This document shows positions 10,501-22,300 of a stretch of DNA of 64,000 nucleotides, piece after piece. This DNA comes from Magallana gigas. Taxonomy: Eukaryota. Both the position numbers and the translations under genes were made by a program. Positions within the stretch are counted from its first letter, which is position 1. Each line of letters opens with the position of its first letter. The notes beneath the pieces were generated by a model. The model was given only the letters and a program-made list of their open reading frames with translations. It ran no database searches and was not told where the DNA came from. The stretch lies in NCBI RefSeq assembly GCF_963853765.1, contig NC_088857.1, forward strand, positions 8,804,001-8,868,000. The letters run 5' to 3'.

Positions 10501-12889
10501 CCAGGAGCAGACAAAGTTCCGTCTACAGAAATATCATACCATAGCAAATATCATACCATGGCAAATAAACAGGTGTTACATTTCATTGTGTTTCTCTGTG
10601 TTTGCGATTTCGACTTGAGGTATATGATTCTGGTGTGTCAACTTACTGCAGGTTGTGGGTGGTTACTTACTAACAGCACACGTGATCTGTTTACAGCATT
10701 CCCCAGGTATCGTCTCCTCGCGACAATTGGAGGGTAAATTAGAGTACTGGGCGCATCTACCATAAAAAAAATTAGTTACTACGACATGTAAATGAGATTT
10801 TTTTAAACATGATCTTTAACATTTACTGCACAATGCTTGCTGTAGGATGTTAGAATTACATTGCAGTTAGCCTTACGGTTGTGTGCATTGCGTAAGACCG
10901 GGACTAGCGCACGTGCATCTATAGTCACAACCATCCAGCCATGTTTCACCAACAGAATGTTGTTGTCCTTTATAAACACAACCTTTAACTGTAAGGCTAG
11001 CCTCTGTGGTTGTTGTTGTCGGGACCTCCGTTGTAGTGACAGAGTTCGCAACTATTTAGATACAATACACAATTCAATATAACATTTTTTTTTAAATATG
11101 AAATCATTGAGATAATTTTTGTATCACCCTGTTATCAGCATTTTTTGTAAATTCTTTCAAAATGCGGACCCGGTAATCATTTTAGGGATGAGGTTGCGGT
11201 GAGTGTTAGCTTGTTTTGAGTGTTTCTGCGCCTTTTTTTGTTAGTTTACCACAGAAATCAAATAGGCAAGCGTGCATTTCCAAGGAAAAGGGGGTAATGG
11301 TTAATCTAGAATCCCCCCAACCGCACCGATCATGGTTATATAAAGTTTTCATTTTGCTTGAAAAAAATCCATACATGTGAATTAATTATGAAATGTCTGT
11401 AAGAAGAAAGTTCCTACTTGAACTACAAAGCCCACAGAAACTGGCACAGTTGGTCTTGGCCCACGTTAGATATGGTGCCACACAAGCCGATTTCCCATAT
11501 TCCGAGCAGTCAGAAATCGAGTCACTGCAAGTGGGAGCTAAAACGAAAATATTCCTAATATGTAGGATGTGGTAATAAAGTTGTCACGTAGATTTAACTG
11601 TAGTTATATGTTCATGATGATGTGCTTTTTTAATGAATGCCACCTACATATAATCGAATAAGGTATTTATTCTTTACTATCAGTTTCTTGTTAATCATTA
11701 AAAAAAACTGAAAAAAGCAAATCTTTATCATTCGAACCTAAATGCAATTCAATCTTTCAGGGTAGTTCTTTTTATCAGACATGAATTGCAAATTTTTTAA
11801 CAAAACAAACCGGAATCAAAAATATTTGAGTGGAAGATGTGTGTTAAGTTTTGGATCACATCAGGTGAAAAAAAACCAGCGCTCTTAATAACTTACATAC
11901 TCTATAAAACTGCTGTTTATCCTTTATCATTAATTACAAGTATCTACTCTTCAATTATAGCACTCTGTATATAGTTACAATGCAGATACTCTTTGTATCA
12001 ATTTAAGGAGGCTAGCTAGGTGGTCAACGAATTATCCATAAGATATAACACATAAGGCCACACCAATATAATTTTTTGTTCATCCGACATCCAATGAAAA
12101 GAGTACGAGTGGGTGAGCGATTAAATAATAAAATTATTTTTGTTTTTTGTTTTTTGTTTCTGATTTATAAATTTAAACTATTTAAAATACGAAAAATAGA
12201 GCGGAAATAGAACAGAAAACAGCCCAGGATGCGGTAGTTTAACTGGATGCGGCAAATTAATAATAATATTATTTGTAGTTTTAGTATTTTCCTCCATCTT
12301 TATCAGAGCTCTTCATCTAAAGGAGAATAAATCAGTCAACAAAATGGCCACGACCATCGAACCCTCTTAAATAGGGAAAAGAGCAATGACTTCTATTGGT
12401 TTGAGTTGCATAGAAAATGGAAGAAATGGGGCTAGGTTTATTTCTGTCTTTAAATCCCATTGTACATGGACGGAAAGGATACCTTCAGAACATCCAAACA
12501 TTTAGGTCAGCTTTACTTCAATAAATGTTATACTTTATGTTATACTTAATGTCATACTTGAACTCTTGTTTTATCCATTCTTGGATATGGAAAGAAAAAC
12601 TGAAATCAAACCTTACAACAGAATCCACAGAAGAGCGGGCAGTTTGTTCGGGCCCACGTGTCGTAGGGTGCCTGACAGGCAGTTTTTGTGTATTCAGCAC
12701 AATCCGGAATCTGGTCTCGACACGTACCGTAGCAGGTGTGAATAATAGCTAACAAATGCAATACGTATGTCTCATTTCCATCAGTTACAGTACAAATATT
12801 TTTTTATTTGGGTGCAATTTAAAAAAAAAAGGTGATTGATGTAGAGAAAACTTACCTACAACGAACGCAATGCTTGAAAATGCAATCAT
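7529..12889 (-). CDS. Secreted ShKT-ShKT-(VWC-like)x5 cysteine-rich protein, ~500 aa
   Basis: 13 exons: 12889-12856, 12748-12617, 11537-11418, 11051-10877, 10756-10671, 10522-10378, 10161-10073, 9806-9674, 9322-9228, 9096-8964, 8184-8072, 7987-7867, 7655-7529 (1503 nt, all GT-AG, in phase). Signal MIAFSSIAFVVAIIHTCYG; ShKT e.g. CRDQIPDCAEYTKTACQAPYDTWARTNCPLFCGFC; VWC-like CxYKxxxYxxGExWxDGCxYxCTC...C/CP..LP..C.....PGECC...C. Confidence 0.9.
8189..8316. other. Assembly gap (128 N) inside an intron
   Basis: Run of N. Confidence 1.
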
Positions 12890-13370
12890 TCTTTTTGAGT
12901 TTATCTTTCTATCAGTGCTGAACAGCACAATCGGAATTTTTCACTGAGAGAACTTTCTTATCAGTAATAGACAACCTACATATATTGTACATAGTATTTA
13001 CAAAACTGTGTCGTCAAAACTTACAGGAATTACTTACTTAAGAACTACTAGCTTTGCCAGTGTTAAAAATCTGCGTTGATTTTGTATACCGGTATATTGC
13101 TGCATGTTTAAATATGTTTACATCCATCTAATTGTACACATTGCAATTATATAAAATAACTTGGTTGTGATTTTCATATAGTTTATTTACAAAATTGATC
13201 AAATATGTTAACTGACAGCATAACACTATGCACACACGACTCTCAGATATTAAAACAAATGCCCTTGTAATAATTTAGATGATAACACTTCAACTAATGC
13301 TTTTACAAATATCGTCTTTTTAAACACTTGTAGAAGAAAAAATGTAGAATGTTTCTTTTTTATGTATCCA

Positions 13371-16300
13371 TTACTCGAGGATGTACCCCGGGGGGTAGTT
13401 GTATGGATAGTTAGGTGGACAGTTCGGAACTTGGCAGCATTTCCCAGCCGGTGCGGGGTCCAAATGGCACAATTTAGGAAGTAATAAGTCCAAGCACCTG
13501 TAAGAATTTTCATAATTATGTTAGGACGTGACGTCATGTAAAGTTATCACACACTGTCCATATCATGCCATTCATCGTATCACATGGTATTAACATTGTA
13601 TATTTAGTATAATCAAAGAATTATTAAAATTTACAAGATTAAGTTCTACAGACTTCTGTGCGATAGATTACATAAAAGCTTTTAAAATATTGAATATTTT
13701 GCAAGTGACCAAAAATTTAATTTTTTCCGTTTTACATATTTCTGACGGTTTAGAACAGATAAGAAGAAGTAGTGCGTGTTTACCTGGGTTGTGAGGTGCA
13801 GTGCATGTTTACATGGGCTGTGAGGTGTAGTGCGTGTTTACCTGGGTTGTGAGGTGTAGTGCGTGTTTACCTGGGCTGTGAGGTGTAGTGCGTGTTTACC
13901 TGGGTTGTGAGGTGTAGTGCATGTTTACCTGGGCTGTGAGGTGTAGTGCGTGTTTACCTGGGTTGTGAGGTGCAGTGCATGTTTACCTGGGCTGTGAGGT
14001 GAAGTGCGTGTTTACCTGGGTTGTGAGGTGCAGTGCATGTTTACCTGGTCTGTGAGGTGAAGTGCGTGTTTACCTCGGTTGTGAGGTGTAGTGCGTGTTT
14101 ACATGGGCTGTGATGTGAAGTGCGTGTTTACCTGGGCTGTGAGGTGTAGTAGCCGATGCTGGCGTCCTTGCATTTGATCGTGCTTTTACATCCATCATTC
14201 CATTCGTCCCCTTCACTGTAGACCAATCCATTGAAACGACACCCGGCAGCTGCAATAGTCATTGATTAATTGATTAGCACAAATAATCAATTATAAATCA
14301 AAATGTTTTAAAATCTATTAAAAATTTATTCTTTATTCTTTTTAAATCCATGCGTGATCTTGCAGTGCTGATATTCAACATGTATTGAAATTGTTGTAAC
14401 TAAAAATGCTATGCTAAGGACATTACGTAACGGTTTTCCACATATGGTGAAAAAGTCAATAAAAAAGGACGATCAGAGTGGTATAGTACTGTATCTCCAT
14501 CTACCATATACTGTATATCAACGTTTATTTACGACATCTTCGTTTCGCGATTTATCCGAAATGAACTGGTTCGCGGCGACTAGGCCTTATCCACACGCAT
14601 GTTGTTATTACAACTATTCCATAAAAATATCAATTATAAACCGATTTTTGGGGGTATACCCAGGGAATGCCAACAGAGCCCGTTCCGTCCCTGTGTCTAC
14701 ATTTAAAGGCAGATGAACAACTGAACCACTGCTGAGAGACTACGGCATACCTTGGGTTTCACTAGCCTTTGGAAGGTCGCAAACTGACTGAGGACAACAG
14801 CTTCCGTTTCTTTTCACAACAACACAGCCATCAGTGGGCGTGATTGGAGCACATCTAAAGATACAATTCTTAAAATGAGGAAATCATAGATTCTGAAATT
14901 TGTCTAAGTCTTATACAGAGGTTAAGAACTTCATATTGTTAAAAAACATACGTTAATGTAACATTCTAAAATACATGTATATAATTACTCACGTGTCCTC
15001 ACATTTGTACTGTCCTGTGCGACCGTTTACACAAGTACAGTTGATGGAACAGCCATCACTCCAAGATTGGCCTTCAAGGTACTTCTTTCTGTTGTATATA
15101 CACCCTGTATCACTCAGCACCGGTGCTGAAAAGGAGAGCATTTCGTCTTTTTTTACTAGATACTAAGCAGCATTTCTGAGAATGTCATTTGATATGACAT
15201 GTACATGTAACACCTAAACTAACAAAAGAACAATAATTTTTTTATGGAGAGAAAATATGCACATACCTAAAGTGTTTGGCTAATCATAATACATTATATA
15301 TTTAAACAAATTATTAGTAAAATACATAAGTTAAAATAACCATCGAAAAAAGTCCCGAATAACATGTATGGACTTTTTTTGGCTATATAATATCCATTCA
15401 AAAGTTTTCTAATTCTTTTGCCATAAAGTTTTCCAGGAACCAGCTTTTTAGCATTTAGATCCCATTTAGTAGTTGGATTCTTCGAATATCTTACTGTTGG
15501 GACTATCAGAACAGACGAGTCTTCTACAGCACTCTCCATCAATGGCTTGATAGTGACAATTTGCTGTGGTATTGATGAATGTGGGACATCTGCATTGATG
15601 AAATCAACTCTTAGATTTCTTATTTAGTACTTTACATGTCAAAGACAATAAGTCGCTTTTCATAGTTACGATTGATATAAAGTATATCAACTAAGCAAAC
15701 GCTTCAGAAAATTGCAGTGGTTTTAATCAATTAATAGGAGCTGTCGCTAAAACCAATTAGAAACACTTACATGGTAGAACACCGGTATGCTCTCCCAGCA
15801 CCGCACGTGCAGTTGTATTGGCAGCCATCTTGCCAAACATCTCCGAGTTTGTAGGTTGTCCCTCTGTATAGACAATCGGTCTTTGGTACGGCAGCAGTAG
15901 AGGTGACAGGGGGAGCGATGGTGCTATCGCCTACGACAAGAGTCAACATATGAAACATTGTACATGTATCAATATCATGTAAATCAGTTGCGATGCATCA
16001 GACAGACACTTACCACAGTATTTACATGTCTTAGCACAGTTTTTCCTTGCCCACGTATCATAGGGGGCCACACAGGCAGACTGGCCATAATCAGCACAAT
16101 CTGGTAACTCATCCGCACAGTCGGGGGCTTCATCACAAAATAAAAAAAATAACATAATTATGTTTGACCGACAATAATTCAACCATTAACACATTATTTG
16201 CCTGGCTAAGAAATTTAGTTTGTATACCAACTTTTTGTCAATTACATATTGCTTTGATTTAGATTCTCATATCTAAGCCCACAATTTGTATTAAAATTGT

Positions 16301-17308
16301 ATTACAAGGAATACAATCATTTATTAAAATATTCTTTAAAAAAATGGTTTAAAAGATTTACAGAGCGTCCTCGTATGAACTCTGGTCCTATCGAAGTCAT
16401 GCCTTTTTTTAAACACTGAAAATGTAACGAACGTTCTCTACGTGGCAAATGGAATATTTTGTACATGTTTTGCCAAACCTGTCTGAAGGCCGAGGAGATT
16501 TATACACTTCAGGTAGATATATACAGGTAGATGGACCGGCAGATATACAGATTTTTACTTTTACACTCCAACCTCAATCTATCCGACTTTTTAAGTTTTA
16601 CATTGTTCAAATTAGTCAAAATAGCATCATTTTTTATACATAGGATCGAGCTTTTTTATTGAATCCTTAACTCAAATATATCAGTATATTATAATTATAA
16701 GCTTTCCTCCTTTATGTTTACAGCAAATTACTGCTATTGAACTATAGTGCAAAAATGATTTACCTTGATACAAGACGCCATTTTTATTGGCCTCTCAGGC
16801 CATGCTCTATAGTTTTGATAATCAGTATATTGAATCAAGTGTTATTCATTGCAAATATACAAATAAGTGATCCATCCATCGTTTCGAGGCTGCTGAGGAA
16901 ATTAAAGGAAAAGCAGCAATCAATATTAAAATCAAATGTACTCACTACAAAAGCCACAGAAGCGAGCACAATTTTTTCTTCCCCATGATTCATAAGGGGC
17001 CTGGCAGGCAGATTTGGTATACTCAGAACAATCTGGGAGAACATCGGTACACGGGTTTCCCTGACCGTAGGTCCCTGTTAGGGCCGCTAATAACAAAGAA
17101 ATAAAATGTTCGTATAAAGACCAAGCAAAGTTGCCTTTTCATTAAGCGTTTCGGAACATACACCTCGTCTTTAAAAAAAACCTTTTTTAGTCAATATATT
17201 ATTTTAAAAGTTTCAGATTTAGAAATCAGGACATTGAAAAGAAATCATTTTACATGTAAAGAAATAATCCTTACCAATTCCGAGAACAAAGTAAAAGAGT
17301 GACTCCAT
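13371..17308 (-). CDS. Secreted ShKT-ShKT-(VWC-like)x3 cysteine-rich protein, ~341 aa; tandem paralogue of 7529-12889
   Basis: 9 exons: 17308-17275, 17086-16946, 16127-16014, 15930-15771, 15589-15495, 15125-14993, 14854-14751, 14249-14132, 13497-13371 (1026 nt, in phase). Signal MESLFYFVLGIAALTGTYG. Last exon RCLDLLLPKLCHLDPAPAGKCCQVPNCPPNYPYNYPPGYILE* has the same 127-nt size as the paralogue's last exon. Confidence 0.9.
13771..14147. repeat. 29-bp minisatellite, 13 units
   Basis: Unit agtgcgtgtttacctgggYtgtgaggtgt starts every 29 nt from 13771 to 14119. The last unit overlaps the exon end and donor at 14132/14131. Confidence 0.95.
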
Positions 17309-17357
17309 TTTCTTAGTGCTATGTGCTATGCTGCTGAGTTAACACACTCGTTTTCCG

Positions 17358-17364
17358 TTTTATA
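17358..17364 (-). promoter_or_regulatory. Probable TATA box of the ShKT-VWC gene
   Basis: TATAAAA on the minus strand, 50 nt upstream of the ATG at 17308, with an Inr-like ctcagc about 20-25 nt downstream of it. Confidence 0.5.
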
Positions 17365-20300
17365 GAGAGGGTCTTATCATACCTCACCAAAGGCGACCCG
17401 AATTGACTGGGAAATTGGGTCGCGAAGTGTAAACTTCTGAAGATAAATAACCGGACGTTTCTTGGGGGGTAAGGTTGACCTGAAACTTGCAGACATGCGT
17501 TTTCTTTTGAACTAGATGTTCTTGCACTAGATATACTAAGGTGTACAGGTGCGTTTCCAGTTTGTTCTTGAGGTGTATATTTTAATAATTACTTATTATA
17601 TAGGGGGTATGATTACCGGTAAGATGAAATTTGTTTAATCTAAACTCTCCTATAATTAGTTTTCAATTTATTTCTATTGTATAGAAATTCAAATAGTCAG
17701 GTGAGCAAGCTATCTTGAAGTTATCATGTGCATAGTATGAAAGGGTTACTATGTACCCTAAGAATGTTTGCTCTTGGGGTGCTCTAGAGGTTATCAAAGA
17801 GTGTATTTTTAGAATAAAAAGTTATTTAGATTTTTATTGAATGCACTTATTAGTCAATGGGTCCCCCTGACTCAGAGAGGCAATGATTAATATTGTTTGT
17901 GAAGTTTAATTTATCTAGCTTATTTCGAATTCAATGTCAAAAATTTGCATTCAGAATTTTTTGCAGCCAATGGTACACTCTGTATATAAATTAGATAATA
18001 TACATGTTTGCAGAAATATTCGAAATATAACTTTTTCCATTTACCTTGTGTTGTTATTTTGGACAGCGTGTTGTTCTCTATATGTGCCATAAATTTGTCT
18101 ATTACGAATGTTCCATGAAGATTACTAACATATATAACGTAAACAAAGAATGTTTCCTACTAGACTATTATAAAGCGTTAATCGTAAATAAATCTTCGCT
18201 GTAAACAACGAAATATCCTGAAAAAAAATCATCTTGGATTACGACGAAGTAGATAACTACAAAAAGTTGCCATTGGATGTAATTACAATAACTTTGAATT
18301 CCATGTTACAACAGGGGTTTTTAGAAAAGTTTTTTTTAAAATTGATATACGGCACATTCGTAGTTCATATGAAACCAAGAACAATAAGCATCTGCAATCA
18401 CAGCGACGGCTTTTTCAAAGGAAGTATGCATGTTTTGTCATATTTCTACCGGACCATTCTATACAATTCAAGATAGCCACATACGTGTGCATAGTAATAT
18501 AAAAAAAACCACCACAATAGAAGCAATTTAAAGTCACACAGATATTGTCGGAGGTTCCAAATTAATGGTCTTGCGTCTTTCAAATGATATTATTATTGCA
18601 TACCTGTATAATAAGCTTTCAAGTCGATGTAAAAAAGTCTAAGATATCTCTTTAAAAATTTCCACAAGCTGTTCTGTAAAAAAACGATGTGATTTAAAAT
18701 GTGATGGTTTTTTTAAAAAGATTAATATAGACTGGTTATACAGAGATTTAGGAACATTTACTGTTAATCAGTTATGAGGAGAGCCAACTCAAGATTAGAT
18801 TAACCAAACAAAAAATATTGATGTTCATGTCCCAAGCGTGGTCAAATAGTGGAGAGGGCATGCTGTCAATTCCTATCGTGTGGCTTTGTGCATTTTGTGC
18901 ATGACCTGCGGTTCCTCTCTGTTACTATGTGTATCTATTACAAAAATCAACAACCGATGAAATCCGTAATCTGGGAAAGGCTATAGTAGTACATGTATGT
19001 GTACCAGACCAGAAAACTAACTATTCAACAATAAGTTTTGGCAAACAGATGGGCAGATGGCAGATGATCTCCAATATGAAAAGAAGTTACGAGTATGTAA
19101 CACACAAAAAACAAAGTAGAATTGTATATCGGTGAGAATGGGAGGTGTATTCGGTCACACCAGTCTGTGAGGCCCACAAAACTTTAATTAATCCATTTTA
19201 AAAAAATGTGGTTTCTTTGTTTCTTTAATTGCGTTATTTCAAAACATAAGCATTGGTTAGAAATATTTGATGATTATTGGAATATGGTAAATGTTCAATG
19301 CTTGTTAGATATGTTATATGTTACCTATTAATTGCTGTTTGTGACAAAAATACATAATAACCACTTCTCATGAATATTACGATTATTATGATCAGAAATC
19401 AATTTCAATTTGATAAGATTTACGCAGTGAACACTGCTCAATAAATTTAAGTTATTTAATGAAGGAAGATCCAATAAATAAACTACACCCTATTAAAGAC
19501 AAAAGTCGGATCTGCATGAAAAACAATTCAAAGAAAAGCATGATTTATAGAACAAAAAAATCATCATTATTTTTTTTTTTTGGTAATTAGAAAATATGAA
19601 CACATCTGCTTTGAAAGCGGTAATGATACGTATCAACCAAATGTGTATTTATGGAGGAATTTGTTATTTTCAGCGCCAATCATTTTACAATCTTATTATT
19701 GTGCTCAAAAGCATTTACTTTAGAAGGAAAACACGATGAAGAGAATATTAATAACATTCTTTGAACCAATTAATTATGAAGCGGTCAACTTGCACATCGG
19801 CTCATTTTTTTTTGCTACAATATTTTAATATTCAAAGGAATTATTTCATTTTAAGCAAACATAATATAACTATTTAAAAGATAACATTCTTAGGAAGTTT
19901 GTTTACATACATTTCATTAATTATGTTATAAAATGCATGTTAGATTTTGGATTAATTATACAATATCCATTTATATATCTCAATAGCTAAATTTGTTTGA
20001 CTCCACAATTATATGCGATAAAATGAACGTATAAATATTAACTGATATGATCTCACTACAATGCACTGCACTATGGAATTCGGTTTTCATTTAAAGTCAA
20101 AAGAGTGCACTTTTCGTCCTCACTTCGTTATCGAAGACTTCTGGTCTTAGAACTATGCATACGTCACCTACAATAAGTGGGCTTAAAACTGTAATAAATT
20201 TTTTAAAAAATGTTAAAGTGTTTAAAATGTTGAAAAAGGATTATCAATCATATTTATGTATTTTTTATTCCCGCTACGCATTGCAAATTCATCATTATTT

Positions 20301-21909
20301 AAGATAATTGGATTAACTTATTGCATTTGTGGCCAATTTTAAAAAGCTTTTCTCTGTGCTAGTGGTTGTTTCTGAAGGCTAAGATATTTATGTCCCCTAA
20401 TGACTATAAAATAGGTCTAATCGCATAGCTTGTGTAGAAATAAAAGTCACAATATATTAGAATTAGTATACTTAAAGTCTGAAGTTTAATATTTTGTTGA
20501 CATTTTTTGTTGTCTTTCAAAGCAAATTTTTAGACCTAAGAAAATCTGGCAGATGATTATAATGATACGACGACTACGATAAAATCTCGTTATAAGTATT
20601 GTAGTATATTAATCTAGTTATAATTAATTGTGTCAAAGCATTAACTTTATTTCTCTGCCAGTAGAGTTTGACTTTTTTTCTCACTGAAACTTGACATTGT
20701 GACAAGACAATCCATCATGGAGTCACTTCATTTGGGCTAGTTCCGTTACGTGTGGTTTTTTTGTCGGCGATAAAACGCTGTGCATTGAATACCTTTACTA
20801 TCAACACACACGAACAACCACACACTAATTATCTCATAATATGAGTTTTATTTCTATTTAGGTCTTTATTAAATTGATCATGATACAAACTCGTAAAACA
20901 AATTTTTCCTTGTACTAAAATGAAAAAAAATGTATATTTTTCGTGACGACATCATGTTAGCGTTACAACTATAATACAATAAAATAATGAGAACATTGTA
21001 TTTTCCATATTTTCTGTCATAAATAGATATAATATATCAGAGTTTTAGTTATTTTAGAATGTTATGACATGCTAAATAACGGTTTTCTTGTGTCTAAACA
21101 TGTATGATTCTTTACATTTAGTTTAAACATTATTTTATTTCAAAATGAAATAGGATCGGACAGCAGGCATGGTCTATTTTTGTCCTTTCCCTATTCTTTA
21201 CCGGTAGAATAGGAGAATTCAAACATATGGGGTTTTTCTACATAAAATGAAAAAAAAATTGAAAGAAAGAAAAGAAAACAGGATCTTTAACTGCATTGTG
21301 CAAATCATAGAGCAAACAATTCTTGTCACACGCTATGTTGTTTTATATAAAATACTATACAATATTTCATATCGTATTTGGATTTGCTCTATAACTGCAA
21401 AGTCAGGAAACATATGCCTTAGTTCATACTAGTAATCGTTAAATGTTCACCAATTCTTATCCCGCAAATATTAAAGAACTTAAAGAAAAACACTGTTATC
21501 AAAGATACCACACATTCATTCCTCGCATTTATACATTGAAACAAAGGAAATGATCTTTTATGGACTTTATTTTTCCTATTACACAGACAATTGTAAATTG
21601 TTATACATGATAAGAACTTCGTAAATTGTAAAAACTTATGTTCAAACCATCTATATATTTTGTTCAAACCAGGATTTTATACAGTTATTAGTACTTTTGC
21701 TTAGATGAAATGTAATTTTAAAAAATGAAAAGTTAAAGAAGATGGGGGAATAAGATGGCGCAAATGCCCATTCGGTTTAGTAGTGAAATACAATTTTGAA
21801 TTTATTTTTTCCCAATTAAATCTATTCAAATATATTATAATACAAGTTTGCAAAAGCACAATTTCTAACTGTAATCAGTATTTAATATATTTAACAAAAG
21901 ATAAGAAGA

Positions 21910-22300
21910 AAAAAATATTGCCAGAATTTTTTGCGGTATCGAACCCATAACATAAATACCCTAGACATATAATGTTAGCCTATGTCAGGTACTCTTTTTT
22001 TAGGTTATGTCAGCTACTCTAACCACTGAGCCATTTCAGACACAACAAAGTATGCTGTTTAAATATTATGTGTGACTTTGACCATGAATTTACGGACTTG
22101 TATTATTTTTTCAAAACGTTCAATTGTTGGGATACAAAATGATATTTTAAATGTATTGTGGGTCATCTCTCCACGTTTTTGTTGATAGAAATCGGTTTGT
22201 TTTCCAATAGACCTTATTTAGACTATGAGAAAAATATGGAGCACAGAAGTTCTAAAACATGACAGTATTTGTAGGTTTTGATAGGTATACGCCTGTTTGA
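21910..22300 (-). repeat. Degenerate interspersed repeat with tRNA-like A and B boxes
   Basis: Minus strand tggctcagtggttagag (A-box-like, ~22035-22019) and gggttcgataccgc (B-box-like, ~21946-21933), separated by an internal duplication (agagta.ctgacata twice). No cloverleaf. Boundaries approximate. Confidence 0.35.

Noticed and set aside
13771-14147. Possible CRISPR array (29-bp period)
   Set aside because: Units are contiguous with no unique spacers, there are no cas genes, and the context is eukaryotic.
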